From: an uncultured beta proteobacterium
Lineage (GTDB): Bacteria > Pseudomonadota > Gammaproteobacteria > Burkholderiales > SG8-41
Assembly (NCBI GenBank): GCA_942492335.1
Contig: CALOEN010000021.1
Coordinates: 135,155 to 199,154, forward strand
Reading direction: 5' to 3'
DNA: 64,000 nt
The notes below the pieces were generated by a model. The model did not search any database and had not been told where the DNA came from. It saw only the letters and a list, made by a program, of their open reading frames with translations. Both the position numbers and the translations under genes were made by a program. Position 1 is the stretch's first letter, and each line of letters opens with the position of its first letter. Shown here piece by piece: positions 45,601 to 54,739 of this stretch.

Positions 45601-45616
45601 AGCAATATCGGTGCCA
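45601..45616 (-). promoter_or_regulatory. Sigma54 (-24/-12) promoter for pilin copy 2
   Basis: Minus-sense TGGCAC-CGATA-TTGCT, a near-perfect match to TGGCAC-N5-TTGCW. Same distance to the ATG as in copy 1. Confidence 0.75.
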
Positions 45617-45879
45617 GCAATGGGAAAATAATTATTTTATTTCTTATTATCATGATGTTGCGAGACAACGCGACGGCGACATACAAACTACTTTGATTTC
45701 AATGGTTTGCTCCCGTCCCGCTATTTATCTTTATTATTCAATAAGATAACCTAGTCATTCCTGATGGGTGTAACCATCGCCTGTGATATAGGTCACGTAC
45801 TGGGATTTGCTTCATAACATTTCGCGTGACATCACAGGGCATGATGTGACATTTTTTGTCAGTCCAATAACTGCCCTCT

Positions 45880-46560
45880 TCAAGCAACCTGGCCCGCCAC
45901 ACTGAGCATGCGCTCGCGTTCGGCGCGCCACGCATCGGCATATTCACATTCCCGGTATGAGTCGAAGTACGGCCCACCCAGGGTAAAGTGGACCAAAGCC
46001 GCATCGTCCCTGGGGGCGCTATAGCCTACGAGGTGGTTCCAGCGGTCCGGCAACGCACCGATCAGCGCCTCATTCTCCAGCCACTTGAACTGATGCAGTT
46101 CAAGTCCGGAGGCGGTGTTGACGTACTCGGGCGTCAGGGCACGGCATCGGGTATTGTTGAACAGCATGACGCTCGACCAGTTCTTTTTCTCGTACTTGCT
46201 TTGCGGCTCCCCGAGAAACTTGGTGGTTTCCTGCGGCACATGGTTGTGCTTGACCACCATTACCGCATAACGGTCGTCGCGCAGACTGAACAGTTTGGCA
46301 ATGTCGTCGAGCATCAGCATGTCGCAATCCATGAACAGCGACCAGCCCGCATAGTCCGAAAGACTGGGCGTCAAAAATCGCGAGAACGAGAAATCGGTGC
46401 TTTGCAGCGGATGGCGCTCCCGGGGCAATACGCGATTCAACTGGCTCAGCATGAGCGGGGCGACGGTGACAGGCTCCGACGCGCGTGACTGTATGCTATA
46501 GGCCAGGACACTGAATGCCACGGCCTCGCGTGGGTCGTAGCCAATAAACACATTGATCAT
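45880..46560 (-). CDS. Glycosyltransferase-like protein (GT8-like fold, DxD motif)
   Basis: MINVFIGYDPREAVAFSVLAYSIQ...WSLFMDCDMLMLDDIAKLF (DCD). 226 aa. Confidence 0.6.
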   Translation of the reverse strand: MINVFIGYDPREAVAFSVLAYSIQSRASEPVTVAPLMLSQLNRVLPRERHPLQSTDFSFSRFLTPSLSDYAGWSLFMDCDMLMLDDIAKLFSLRDDRYAVMVVKHNHVPQETTKFLGEPQSKYEKKNWSSVMLFNNTRCRALTPEYVNTASGLELHQFKWLENEALIGALPDRWNHLVGYSAPRDDAALVHFTLGGPYFDSYRECEYADAWRAERERMLSVAGQVA

Positions 46561-46587
46561 GAATTGCCGTTCTCTCGACGCATTACT

Positions 46588-48237
46588 TTAATGCAAGGGG
46601 GGCGGCACATAACCCGGGATTTTTGAGAGATCGACTTTGTCAATCTGCCCCGGATCGAGGAACTGCCTCGCATATTTCTCGTAAACCTTTGCCCACATGA
46701 ACACATCGAACAGGTCGGGATCGACATGCCCGCCAAGCTTGAATTTCCCAAGTATGGTCAGCGACTCGGTCAGCGATTTTCCCTTCTTGTACGGACGGTC
46801 TTTTGCTGTCAGTGCCTCGAAAATATCGGCGATGCCCATGCAGCGCGCTTGTATCGACATCTGTTCGCGGGTAAGGCCCCGCGGATAGCCTTTGCCGTCC
46901 ATACGCTCGTGGTGCCCGCCGGCATACTCGGAAACACGTGTCAGATGCTTGGGCCAGGGCAGTGACTCCAGCATCTGGATCGTCACCTCGATATGATGGT
47001 TGATGATGCCGCGTTCCTCTTTAGTCAGAGTGCCTGCGCGTATCGTCAGGTTCTTGACCTCATCCGCCGAAAGAAAATCAGCCATTTCCCCAGTCGGATC
47101 GCGCCATGAATATTTTTTTGCGATTGCACACACGCGTTTCTGGTCGGCCTCCGCCATCAACTCGCCGCCAATATTGACGCGGCGCAGGAACGTCCGGTCG
47201 TCGTCGATCGCCTTGAGTTGATCGCTCGGGTCAAGGCCATTGCGCAGGGCTTCGAGTTCGATATCACGCCGGATCACTTCAAAGCGGGTATCGATCAGAC
47301 CGATACGGTCAAAAATGGTCTGCAGCTTGGTGGCCTTGTCGACCACATGCACCGGTGTTGTCACCTTGCCGCAATCGTGAAGCAGTCCCGCGATCTTGAG
47401 TTCGTAGCGATCACGGTCGCTCATCGTGAAATCCTTGAGCGGCCCGACACCACAGCTGTTGACGGCCTCGGCCAGCATCATCGTCAGCACCGGGACGCGC
47501 TCGCAGTGTCCTCCCGTATAGGGCGACTTGTCGTCTATAGCTGCGTTGATCAGGCTGATGAACGACTCGAACAGTGTTTCGAGGTGATTGATCAGCAGCC
47601 GGTTGGTCAGTGCAATAGCGGCCTGCGAGGCAAGCGATTCGGCGAGCTGCTGATCGGCGTCGGAAAATGCCGAAACTTCGGCAGTAACCGGGTGTTTGGC
47701 ATTGATGAGCTGAAGAACGCCGATGATTTCGTTCTCGTGATTCTTCATCGGCACCGTTAAAAATGATCGGGAACGGTATCCCGTTTTTTTATCGAAATTC
47801 TTGGTGCCGGAAAAATCGAAGCCGTCCTCGACATAAGCATCGGCGATATTGATGGACTTGTCGTGGTGCACCGCATAGGCCACCACCATGGAGTTGATCG
47901 GCTGGTTATCCTTGTCGTGAAGGTGGATCGGGTAAAATGGGATTTCAACGCCGCTGGTACCGCCCATGGCGATACCCAGCGTGTCGTTGCGCATGATCTC
48001 GAATTTGAGCGTGCCTTCCTCGGTCATGCGGTAAAGTGTGCCGCCATCCGCGTTGGTGATATCTTTGGCCGCAACCAGGATGGTTTCGAGCAGCTTGTTG
48101 ATGTCGCGCTCCTTGGAGAGCGCAACGCCGATGCCCAGCAGCTGGTCGAGCCGACGCAGGAGATCGTCTGATTCCGGGGCAAGCTGCGTCCGGCTCATGG
48201 CGGGTCGCGGCGCGCGGCTATTTGATGCAGACCGCAC
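46588..48237 (-). CDS. GAF domain + HD-GYP domain protein (predicted c-di-GMP phosphodiesterase); start ambiguous (GTG 48237 or ATG 48198)
   Basis: GAF: ILVAAKDITNADGGTLYRM...LTVPMKNHENEIIGVLQLINAKH. HD-GYP: LLHDCGKVTTP...GGHHERMDGKGYPRGL. Confidence 0.85.
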   Translation of the reverse strand: MRSASNSRAPRPAMSRTQLAPESDDLLRRLDQLLGIGVALSKERDINKLLETILVAAKDITNADGGTLYRMTEEGTLKFEIMRNDTLGIAMGGTSGVEIPFYPIHLHDKDNQPINSMVVAYAVHHDKSINIADAYVEDGFDFSGTKNFDKKTGYRSRSFLTVPMKNHENEIIGVLQLINAKHPVTAEVSAFSDADQQLAESLASQAAIALTNRLLINHLETLFESFISLINAAIDDKSPYTGGHCERVPVLTMMLAEAVNSCGVGPLKDFTMSDRDRYELKIAGLLHDCGKVTTPVHVVDKATKLQTIFDRIGLIDTRFEVIRRDIELEALRNGLDPSDQLKAIDDDRTFLRRVNIGGELMAEADQKRVCAIAKKYSWRDPTGEMADFLSADEVKNLTIRAGTLTKEERGIINHHIEVTIQMLESLPWPKHLTRVSEYAGGHHERMDGKGYPRGLTREQMSIQARCMGIADIFEALTAKDRPYKKGKSLTESLTILGKFKLGGHVDPDLFDVFMWAKVYEKYARQFLDPGQIDKVDLSKIPGYVPPPLH

Positions 48238-50591
48238 GCACCTGTTTCATATCGGTTATTCCCATCAGGACTTTTTCGATGCCGTCCTGTTTGAGGGTGC
48301 GCATGCCGTTCTCAAGCGCAGTCGCCAGCATCTGTGCCACTCGGGCATGCTCCTGGATATTCTTCTTGATGATGTCCGTGCCCATCAGCAGCTCATGGAG
48401 ACCGAGGCGCCCCTTGTAGCCGCTGTTGTTGCAGACAGGGCAACCCTTTGCCGCCTGGATCACAAATTCCCCCTGCTCATTGGCAAAGCTCTTTTTCCAT
48501 TCATCCATGATCTTTGCGCGCTCACCTGCCGCGTCTTTTTTCCAGGCCTCGGTATTCTGCAATTCGAGCGAATATTCATCCATCAGGAGTTCAACCTCCT
48601 CTGGTGCCAATACCTGGGGTTCTTTGCACTTCCCGCACAAGCGCTTGGCCAGACGCTGGGCCAGGATCCCGAGCAGCGCATCCGCAAAATTAAACGGGTC
48701 CATGCCCATGTCCAGCAAGCGGATGATGGATTCCGGCGCGCTGTTGGTATGCAGCGTCGCGAACACAAGGTGGCCCGTGAGCGAGGCTTCGATGCCGGTC
48801 GAAACCGTTTCCTTGTCCCGCATCTCGCCAACCATGATGATGTCCGGATCGGCGCGCAGGAAGGCTTTCATCGCAATCGCGAACGTCAGTCCGGCTTTCG
48901 GATTCATCTGCACTTGGCGCAGGCCCCGTTGCGTGATCTCGACCGGGTCTTCCGCGGTCCAGATTTTGGTGGCCGGCTTGTTAAGATAGCCCAGCACAGA
49001 GTGCAGCGTCGTGGTCTTGCCCGATCCGGTCGGACCGCAGACAAAGAACAGTCCATACGGCTTCTCGATGGCCTCCTTGAACATCTGGAGGTTGCGCGGT
49101 CAGCCCCAGTTTGTCGAGCGGAATCGGCTCGCCGGCGGCGAGTATACGCATCACGATATCCTCGACGCCGCCCGCCGAAGGTATCGTCGCCACCCTCAAT
49201 TCGATATCGAGGGGGCCGAACTTTTTGAACTTGATCTTGCCGTCCTGCGGCTTGCGACGCTCTGATATATCAAGGTCGCACATGATTTTGAGGCGTGCAG
49301 CGAGCGCGTTGCGGTAATTCGCAGGCACCGAAATATACGGCGTCAGCGTTCCGTCCTTGCGAAAGCGGATCTCGGTCTTGGCTTTTCCCGGATACGGCTC
49401 AATATGGATATCCGAGGCGCCCTGCTGGTAAGCATCGATGATGACCTTGTTGACGAGTTTCACCAGTTCGTTGTCGCTCGCCGCGGAAGCGATGTCATCG
49501 CCCCCCCCCACGCCCTCTTCCATTTCATCGTCCAGCGTGCCCAGCAGATCCTGAACATTACCGCTGTCCTCCATCGCGCTGCCGCCGAACATCTGGTCGA
49601 GCGTTGCCGCAAACTCGCGATTGGTGCAAACCGTGTAGACGACTTTGCTTTTCGGATAGACGTTGTTGACCATTTTCGACGATTTGGTCTTTTCCGGATC
49701 GATGGTCAGCACCACGATCCCTTCTTTCGTGTCCTCGAGCGGAATCCACATATTGTTGTGGCAGAATTCCCGGTTCATGTTTTTCATGAGATCGGGCTGC
49801 CTGATGCGATCCTGCTTGGGCGGCTCATACGGCACGCCAAAATAGGCAGAGAGCGCCTCTCCGAGCGCCGGCACTTTGACCTGAAATTCGTCGATCAGCA
49901 CCGTTTCGATATCGAGATTCTTGCGACGAGCGGAACGTTGGGCAAGCTCCAGCTCTTCAGCAGAGATGATGGCCTCGGTAACCAGCCCGTCGTATTTGCT
50001 GCGCACCTGCAGCGTCGGATTCTGCCGCTGCCGCATTGCAATCGCCAGTGTTTCGCACAGCTGCAAAACGCCCTCTTCCATGATCGGCAGGAACGGCTGG
50101 CCGGTCTTGGAATTGATGATCTGAACCACCCCTATGAGCTCCCGGGTCTTGGCTTCGAGCACGGGCGCCACCAGCATCTGCTTGGTGCGATAGCCGGTTT
50201 TGCTGTCGACCGCCTTCAGAAAATGCAACTGTCCACTGTAGGACTTGAGCTCACCATCGTCATAGACATCGCGGATGTTTATGATTCGTTTATGCACTGC
50301 GACGAACCCGGCGATCGACTGTTCGTTGATCGGCAACCTGATATCCTTGAAGGAATTCAGGCCGGTCTTGACCTTGGACACGATCGAACTCTTGTCCTCG
50401 GTCACTATATAAAGCGTAAAGCGGTCGGAATTGAACAGGCTGCACAAATCCTGCGAGAGCTCGAGGATAATCTCGTCGATGTTGGTTGTGGCGTGTATCC
50501 GGTTGGTGACCGATTGCAGTTTTTGCTGGAAATTCAGCTTCTCGGCCAGGTTGTCCTGGGCCACCGGCTTGCTTCGGAGTACAGTGCTCAT
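48218..50591 (-). pseudogene. GAF + GspE_N + GspE/PilB-type secretion ATPase, split by one frameshift near 49094..49100
   Basis: ORF 48981..50591 carries GAF (ILELSQDLCSLFNSDRFTLYIV...LVAPVLEAKTRELIGVVQIINSK), the T2SSE N-domain and the ATPase N-lobe, ending ...DKLGLT. ORF 48218..49084 continues (RNLQ)MFKEAIEKPYGLFFVCGPTGSGKTTTL (Walker A) ...CGKC...CPVC. The two frames join only by a 1-nt insertion or 2-nt deletion at ctgaccGCGCaacctc. Confidence 0.85.
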
Positions 50592-50661
50592 ATCGCCCTC
50601 ATCTCAGGTCAGCATACCGCGTCGACATCATGAGCTGCGGCAAGAAATTCATGCTATCGGT

Positions 50662-51426
50662 TCAAAATTCAAAGATCTGGTTGTTCTGCAGCATGCGCGG
50701 CCGCCATTTTGCCGCGCACTCCTCGATCTCGCGCATCGTCAATTCGATTTCACCTGGTTTCAGGTGGGTGATATAAATCTCCGCCGGCCGCTCAAGCTTG
50801 GACAACTCCTCGGCGAGCATGCTCGGGCACAGATGCTTGGACGCGACAGCCAGATCCTTTTCACGATTACAGAACGCCGTCTCGATGATCAGATAACGCA
50901 AATTGGCGATGCGGTTGACTTCTCGCCACAACGGATCGTTAGTCGTGGTATCGCCTGAAAAAACCAGGCTGGCACGGCCGGAATCGAGTTGAAATCCCAC
51001 CGCAGGCACCACGTGGTTAGCCGGCAACGGCGTTATTATTCTGCCTTTCAATTCGACAGCTTTCCCCAGCGTGATGGTTTCAAATTTCAGCACGGGGTTT
51101 TTCGCATCTGGAATCTCTGTGAAATCCGGCCACAGCTTCCAGTTGAACAGGTGTTTTTTTAGAATATCAGTCGTCTGCTCCGTTGCATGAATGGTGATCG
51201 GCTTGTCACGCATCCAGCCTACGGTGTCAGCAAGGAACGGGATGGACGTCACATGATCCATGTGGGAATGCGTAACGAAGACATGGTCGATCAGCGACAG
51301 CTCGCTGACCAGCAAATCTCCCACGCCGGTGCCCGCGTCGATCAGGATGTCATGATCGAGCAGAATTGACGTCGTGCGCAGATTGCCGCCGATTCCACCA
51401 CTGCAGCCGAGTATTTTCAGTCTCAT
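50662..51426 (-). CDS. Class-II-like 3',5'-cyclic-nucleotide phosphodiesterase (MBL fold)
   Basis: MRLKILGCSGGIGG...THSHMDHVTSIPFLAD. Near match to the class-II PDE signature HxHLDH as I recall it. Confidence 0.75.
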   Translation of the reverse strand: MRLKILGCSGGIGGNLRTTSILLDHDILIDAGTGVGDLLVSELSLIDHVFVTHSHMDHVTSIPFLADTVGWMRDKPITIHATEQTTDILKKHLFNWKLWPDFTEIPDAKNPVLKFETITLGKAVELKGRIITPLPANHVVPAVGFQLDSGRASLVFSGDTTTNDPLWREVNRIANLRYLIIETAFCNREKDLAVASKHLCPSMLAEELSKLERPAEIYITHLKPGEIELTMREIEECAAKWRPRMLQNNQIFEF

Positions 51427-51429
51427 TAT

Positions 51430-53667
51430 TTACTTGGTTTCAAAAGTATAGGCGCCGTCCCAGTCCGAACCCGGCGGGCTCACCCGGAAATGCGCAATAC
51501 GCTCAAGGTACACATTGTAGAGCCCGGCGTCATCGGCTGTTTTCTTTAGGTTGATCAGCTGCAATTCGGCCATATCCCAATCCTGTGCACGGTACAATTT
51601 AAGTGATTGTTTCCAAAGACCTATTTCATCAATAACGGCTTTGTCGACCTGGCCTTCCAAGCCCAGCGGCTGGTAGATGGCCACCGGTTCCACCTTGCCT
51701 TTGACGCGAACCCGGTCGATTTCCCGGCACACGAAGCCTGAAATCAAACTCTTGGTGCCCTCGCCGATAATAATATCAGCCCCATATTGTTTTGTGATGC
51801 CCTCGAGCCGTGAAGCGATATTTACCGCATCACCCATTACAGTATAAGCCTTGCGGATCTGTGATCCCATATCGCCAACCCGCACCACCCCTGAGTTGAC
51901 CCCCACGCCAATCTTGAATGTCGGCCAGCCCTTTTCCTTGAATTTCTGATTCAGGATCTTGGCGGCGGCCTGCATATCGAGTGCTGCAAGCACGGCGTTT
52001 TTAGCGTGCTCGGGATCGGACACCGGCGCACCCCAGAAAGCCATCACCGCATCGCCTATGTATTTATCTAGTGTGCCGCGGTGTCCTTCCCGAATCACCA
52101 GGCTCATGGCCGTAAGATAATCATTGATATAGGCCGACAGGTCCTCCGGCGTCAAGCTTTCGGAAATCGTGGTAAATCCGCGCACATCGGAAAACAGTAT
52201 AGAGAGTTCCTCTGCGCGGGGCGCCATGTTGAATTTTTCCGGATTCTTTGCCATCTCATCGACCAACTCGGGCGGCACGTACTGGCCGAATAAACCCGTG
52301 ATCTGGCGCATGCCGCGGGCTTCAACAAAAAAACCATATGCCATGTTGTGGGTGAACAGCAGCAAAATCATGACCAGCCCCGAGGCCAGCGGCAGCACCA
52401 CGTTCCCGACATGAAACACAACCAGGTTGGTAACCAGCGCCAGGAGCAGCGCCAAGACAGTAGCCAGGGTCGACATCAGCGGGTTGAGCAAGGGCAGCAG
52501 CAGCGCAATCGCCAACCCCGAGAGCAGAAGAATCATGAACTCCGCGCCCACCACATACGGCGGTTTCTGCTTGATATTGCCGTCCAGAATTCCGGTGATC
52601 AGATTGGCGTGGACCTCGACCCCCGGGTAAACCGGGTCGACCGGCGTGGCCCGCAGGTCAAGCAGCCCGGGTGCTGTCGTGCCGACAAGCACGATTTTTC
52701 CCCGGAGTTCGGCGGCATCGATACGGTCGTTCAGAACATCGACGATGGATATATATCTGAAACTGCCCTTGCGCCCGCGATAAGGCACCAGTGACGCTGC
52801 GTATTCATCTACCGGGATCCTGAGTGATCCGATTTTAAGCCACTCGAATCCCGAGTAGCTGCCGGACAGACCCTGGTCCGTGAACACGGGCTGGATCGGC
52901 GGCATGCCTATCAGGGCGCGGACCATCGCCAGTGCCAGGGGTTCGTAATACTTGCCTTGATATTCGGCAAGCATCGGCACCCGGCGCGTGATGCCGTCGT
53001 CGTCGGTCCAGGGATTGAAATGCCCGGCGCTGGCGGCATTTTTCTGCAACTCGGCCAGATTCGCCGTGTAACCGGTCCACGAGGTGACGCCGATTTTCCG
53101 GCCGCCTAACGCGTCGGCGGCAAACACCGGCGGCGGCAACATGCCCTTCTTCGGGGCCAGCGCGGGGTCGTCGCTGGAAAACGTGAAGCCCAGCACAACC
53201 TGCCGCCCCTTCATTTTGCGGGCGAAAATATCATCATATTCGAGATTCGGCTTGATTTTATTCAGCGCCGACTGGAACTGCTGTACGTCCCTGAGTTCTT
53301 TCTGTCCGAGTTGCTCCAGCACGCGTATGCCCGATGATTCATCGCGTTCGGCAAACACCACGTCGAAACCGACGATAGCAACCTGGTATTTGTCGAAAAG
53401 CTTGTCCAGGAGCAGCGCCAGCCGGTCGCGCGACCATGGCCAGCGGCCTTCGCCACCTCTTTCCTTTTCAAGCAGGCTCTTTTCGTCGATATCGAGGATG
53501 ACGATGCGGCTGTCCACCGTGCGAGGCATGGTCAGCCGCAACCGCGTGTCATAGATAATGGACTCGAGGTTGTCTATGAGCGGCAGCCGGTAGAAGCCGA
53601 TGGTATGTCCAAGGAACAGCGCCACCAACGCCAAGCCTATGGCAATTCGGACGAGATTTCTCTTCAA
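51430..53667 (-). CDS. CHASE2 sensor domain + class III adenylate/guanylate cyclase
   Basis: TTG start with GAGGAGA RBS. CHASE2: IVILDIDEKSL...GRWPWSRD. TM block. Cyclase: LSILFSDVRGFTTISE...KYIGDAVMAFWGAP...GDAVNIASRLEG. Confidence 0.88.
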   Translation of the reverse strand: MKRNLVRIAIGLALVALFLGHTIGFYRLPLIDNLESIIYDTRLRLTMPRTVDSRIVILDIDEKSLLEKERGGEGRWPWSRDRLALLLDKLFDKYQVAIVGFDVVFAERDESSGIRVLEQLGQKELRDVQQFQSALNKIKPNLEYDDIFARKMKGRQVVLGFTFSSDDPALAPKKGMLPPPVFAADALGGRKIGVTSWTGYTANLAELQKNAASAGHFNPWTDDDGITRRVPMLAEYQGKYYEPLALAMVRALIGMPPIQPVFTDQGLSGSYSGFEWLKIGSLRIPVDEYAASLVPYRGRKGSFRYISIVDVLNDRIDAAELRGKIVLVGTTAPGLLDLRATPVDPVYPGVEVHANLITGILDGNIKQKPPYVVGAEFMILLLSGLAIALLLPLLNPLMSTLATVLALLLALVTNLVVFHVGNVVLPLASGLVMILLLFTHNMAYGFFVEARGMRQITGLFGQYVPPELVDEMAKNPEKFNMAPRAEELSILFSDVRGFTTISESLTPEDLSAYINDYLTAMSLVIREGHRGTLDKYIGDAVMAFWGAPVSDPEHAKNAVLAALDMQAAAKILNQKFKEKGWPTFKIGVGVNSGVVRVGDMGSQIRKAYTVMGDAVNIASRLEGITKQYGADIIIGEGTKSLISGFVCREIDRVRVKGKVEPVAIYQPLGLEGQVDKAVIDEIGLWKQSLKLYRAQDWDMAELQLINLKKTADDAGLYNVYLERIAHFRVSPPGSDWDGAYTFETK

Positions 53668-53684
53668 ACCGTCTCCTCTGCCTT

Positions 53685-53732
53685 AGGGACTGTTAACAAT
53701 TACCACATGAGTGGTAATTGTTAACAGTCCCT
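53685..53732. repeat. Perfect 22-bp-stem palindrome (4-nt loop) immediately upstream of the cyclase RBS
   Basis: AGGGACTGTTAACAATTACCAC-atga-GTGGTAATTGTTAACAGTCCCT. It ends 5 nt from the GAGGAGA RBS. Related to the element at 13461..13524. Confidence 0.9.
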
Positions 53733-53946
53733 GGGTATGGGGTTTGAGACCCACCCCCGGTTGTTGCTCGCCGGCCTGAGCATTTCCTGCCCTTTCCTGC
53801 TGACCAAAAAGCCGGGTCCTGACGGCATGCGCCGCAAGCCCGGCCCAGTGATTTCTTGCATCGTCCCGCGCCGCCGACTCAATGCCGGAAAGTCATATAA
53901 CTATTAAAATACAATGGATTACAGTTAATCCGGCACCCAGGATCGG

Positions 53947-54729
53947 CTATTTTGTTTTGATGAAAAATTCCATTTTCACGCCGGTAAGCTCTATCACATC
54001 GTGATCTTTGAGCGGGGATGCCTGCGCATCGAGCACCTTGCCGTTGATCACAGGGAAACTCGCGCCTTCAACATGCGTGATGAAATAGCCCTGAGGCCGG
54101 CGCGTGATGACTGCGACCTGCACGCCGGGCTTGCCAAGGGTGGTCAGATTCTTGGTGAGTTCAAGTTCCTTGCCCGCGCTCGGTCCATTCAGTATCTGAA
54201 CGGCAGCCAGCATTGGCGCAGCGGCGGCCGGCGGCGCAGCAGCAGCAGTAGTAGCAGTAGTAGTAGTAGTAGTTGCAGCGGGCTTCGCCGCTTCGGCGGC
54301 CGCTGCAGTTGCAGCGGCTGACGCTGCAAAGGCTTGCGTGTCGCCCGCTGATTTGGGGCCGGCGGGTTTCGCCATGGGTGATCGCAAGACCATGGTCTTC
54401 TCAAACTCATCGGCCGACGTCTGGCCCGCTGCCGGTACGTCGGCGATATATTTGAGCTTGTACTTGCCGACCTCGATCACGTCGTTATTCTGGAGAATAT
54501 GCTTCTTGATCGGGTTGCCGTTGACCAGCGTGCCGTTGGTGCTGCCCAGATCCTCAAGGAACGAATCGTTGAGTATCGTCACAATGCACGCGTGTTCGCT
54601 GCTCACCGCCAGGTTTTCAATCTGGATATCGTTCTGCGGTTTGCGCCCAATCGTTACCCGTTCCTTGTCGAGGGGAACTTCCCTGATTACCGACCCATCC
54701 AGACTTAGAATCAACTTCGCCATGGTCAT
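53947..54729 (-). CDS. Double FHA-domain protein with Ala/Thr-rich linker
   Basis: N-terminal FHA: VTIGRKPQNDIQIENLAVSSEHACIV...GSTNGTLVNGNPI. Linker: AAATAAAAEAAKPAATTTTTTATTAAAAPPAAAAP. The C-terminal second FHA-like domain ends ...DHDVIELTGVKMEFF. Confidence 0.85.
   Translation of the reverse strand: MTMAKLILSLDGSVIREVPLDKERVTIGRKPQNDIQIENLAVSSEHACIVTILNDSFLEDLGSTNGTLVNGNPIKKHILQNNDVIEVGKYKLKYIADVPAAGQTSADEFEKTMVLRSPMAKPAGPKSAGDTQAFAASAAATAAAAEAAKPAATTTTTTATTAAAAPPAAAAPMLAAVQILNGPSAGKELELTKNLTTLGKPGVQVAVITRRPQGYFITHVEGASFPVINGKVLDAQASPLKDHDVIELTGVKMEFFIKTK
54237..54276. repeat. Trinucleotide microsatellite (CAG)n(AGT)n inside the FHA linker
   Basis: cagcagcagcagtagtagcagtagtagtagtagtagttgc. 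On the coding strand it encodes AATTTTTTATTAAA. Confidence 0.85.
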
Positions 54730-54739
54730 ATCCCTTAGC

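Noticed and set aside
44020-45875. The tandem repeat around the pilins as an insertion sequence or MITE.
   Set aside because: No transposase, terminal inverted repeats or target-site duplication. The structure is a simple head-to-tail segmental duplication.
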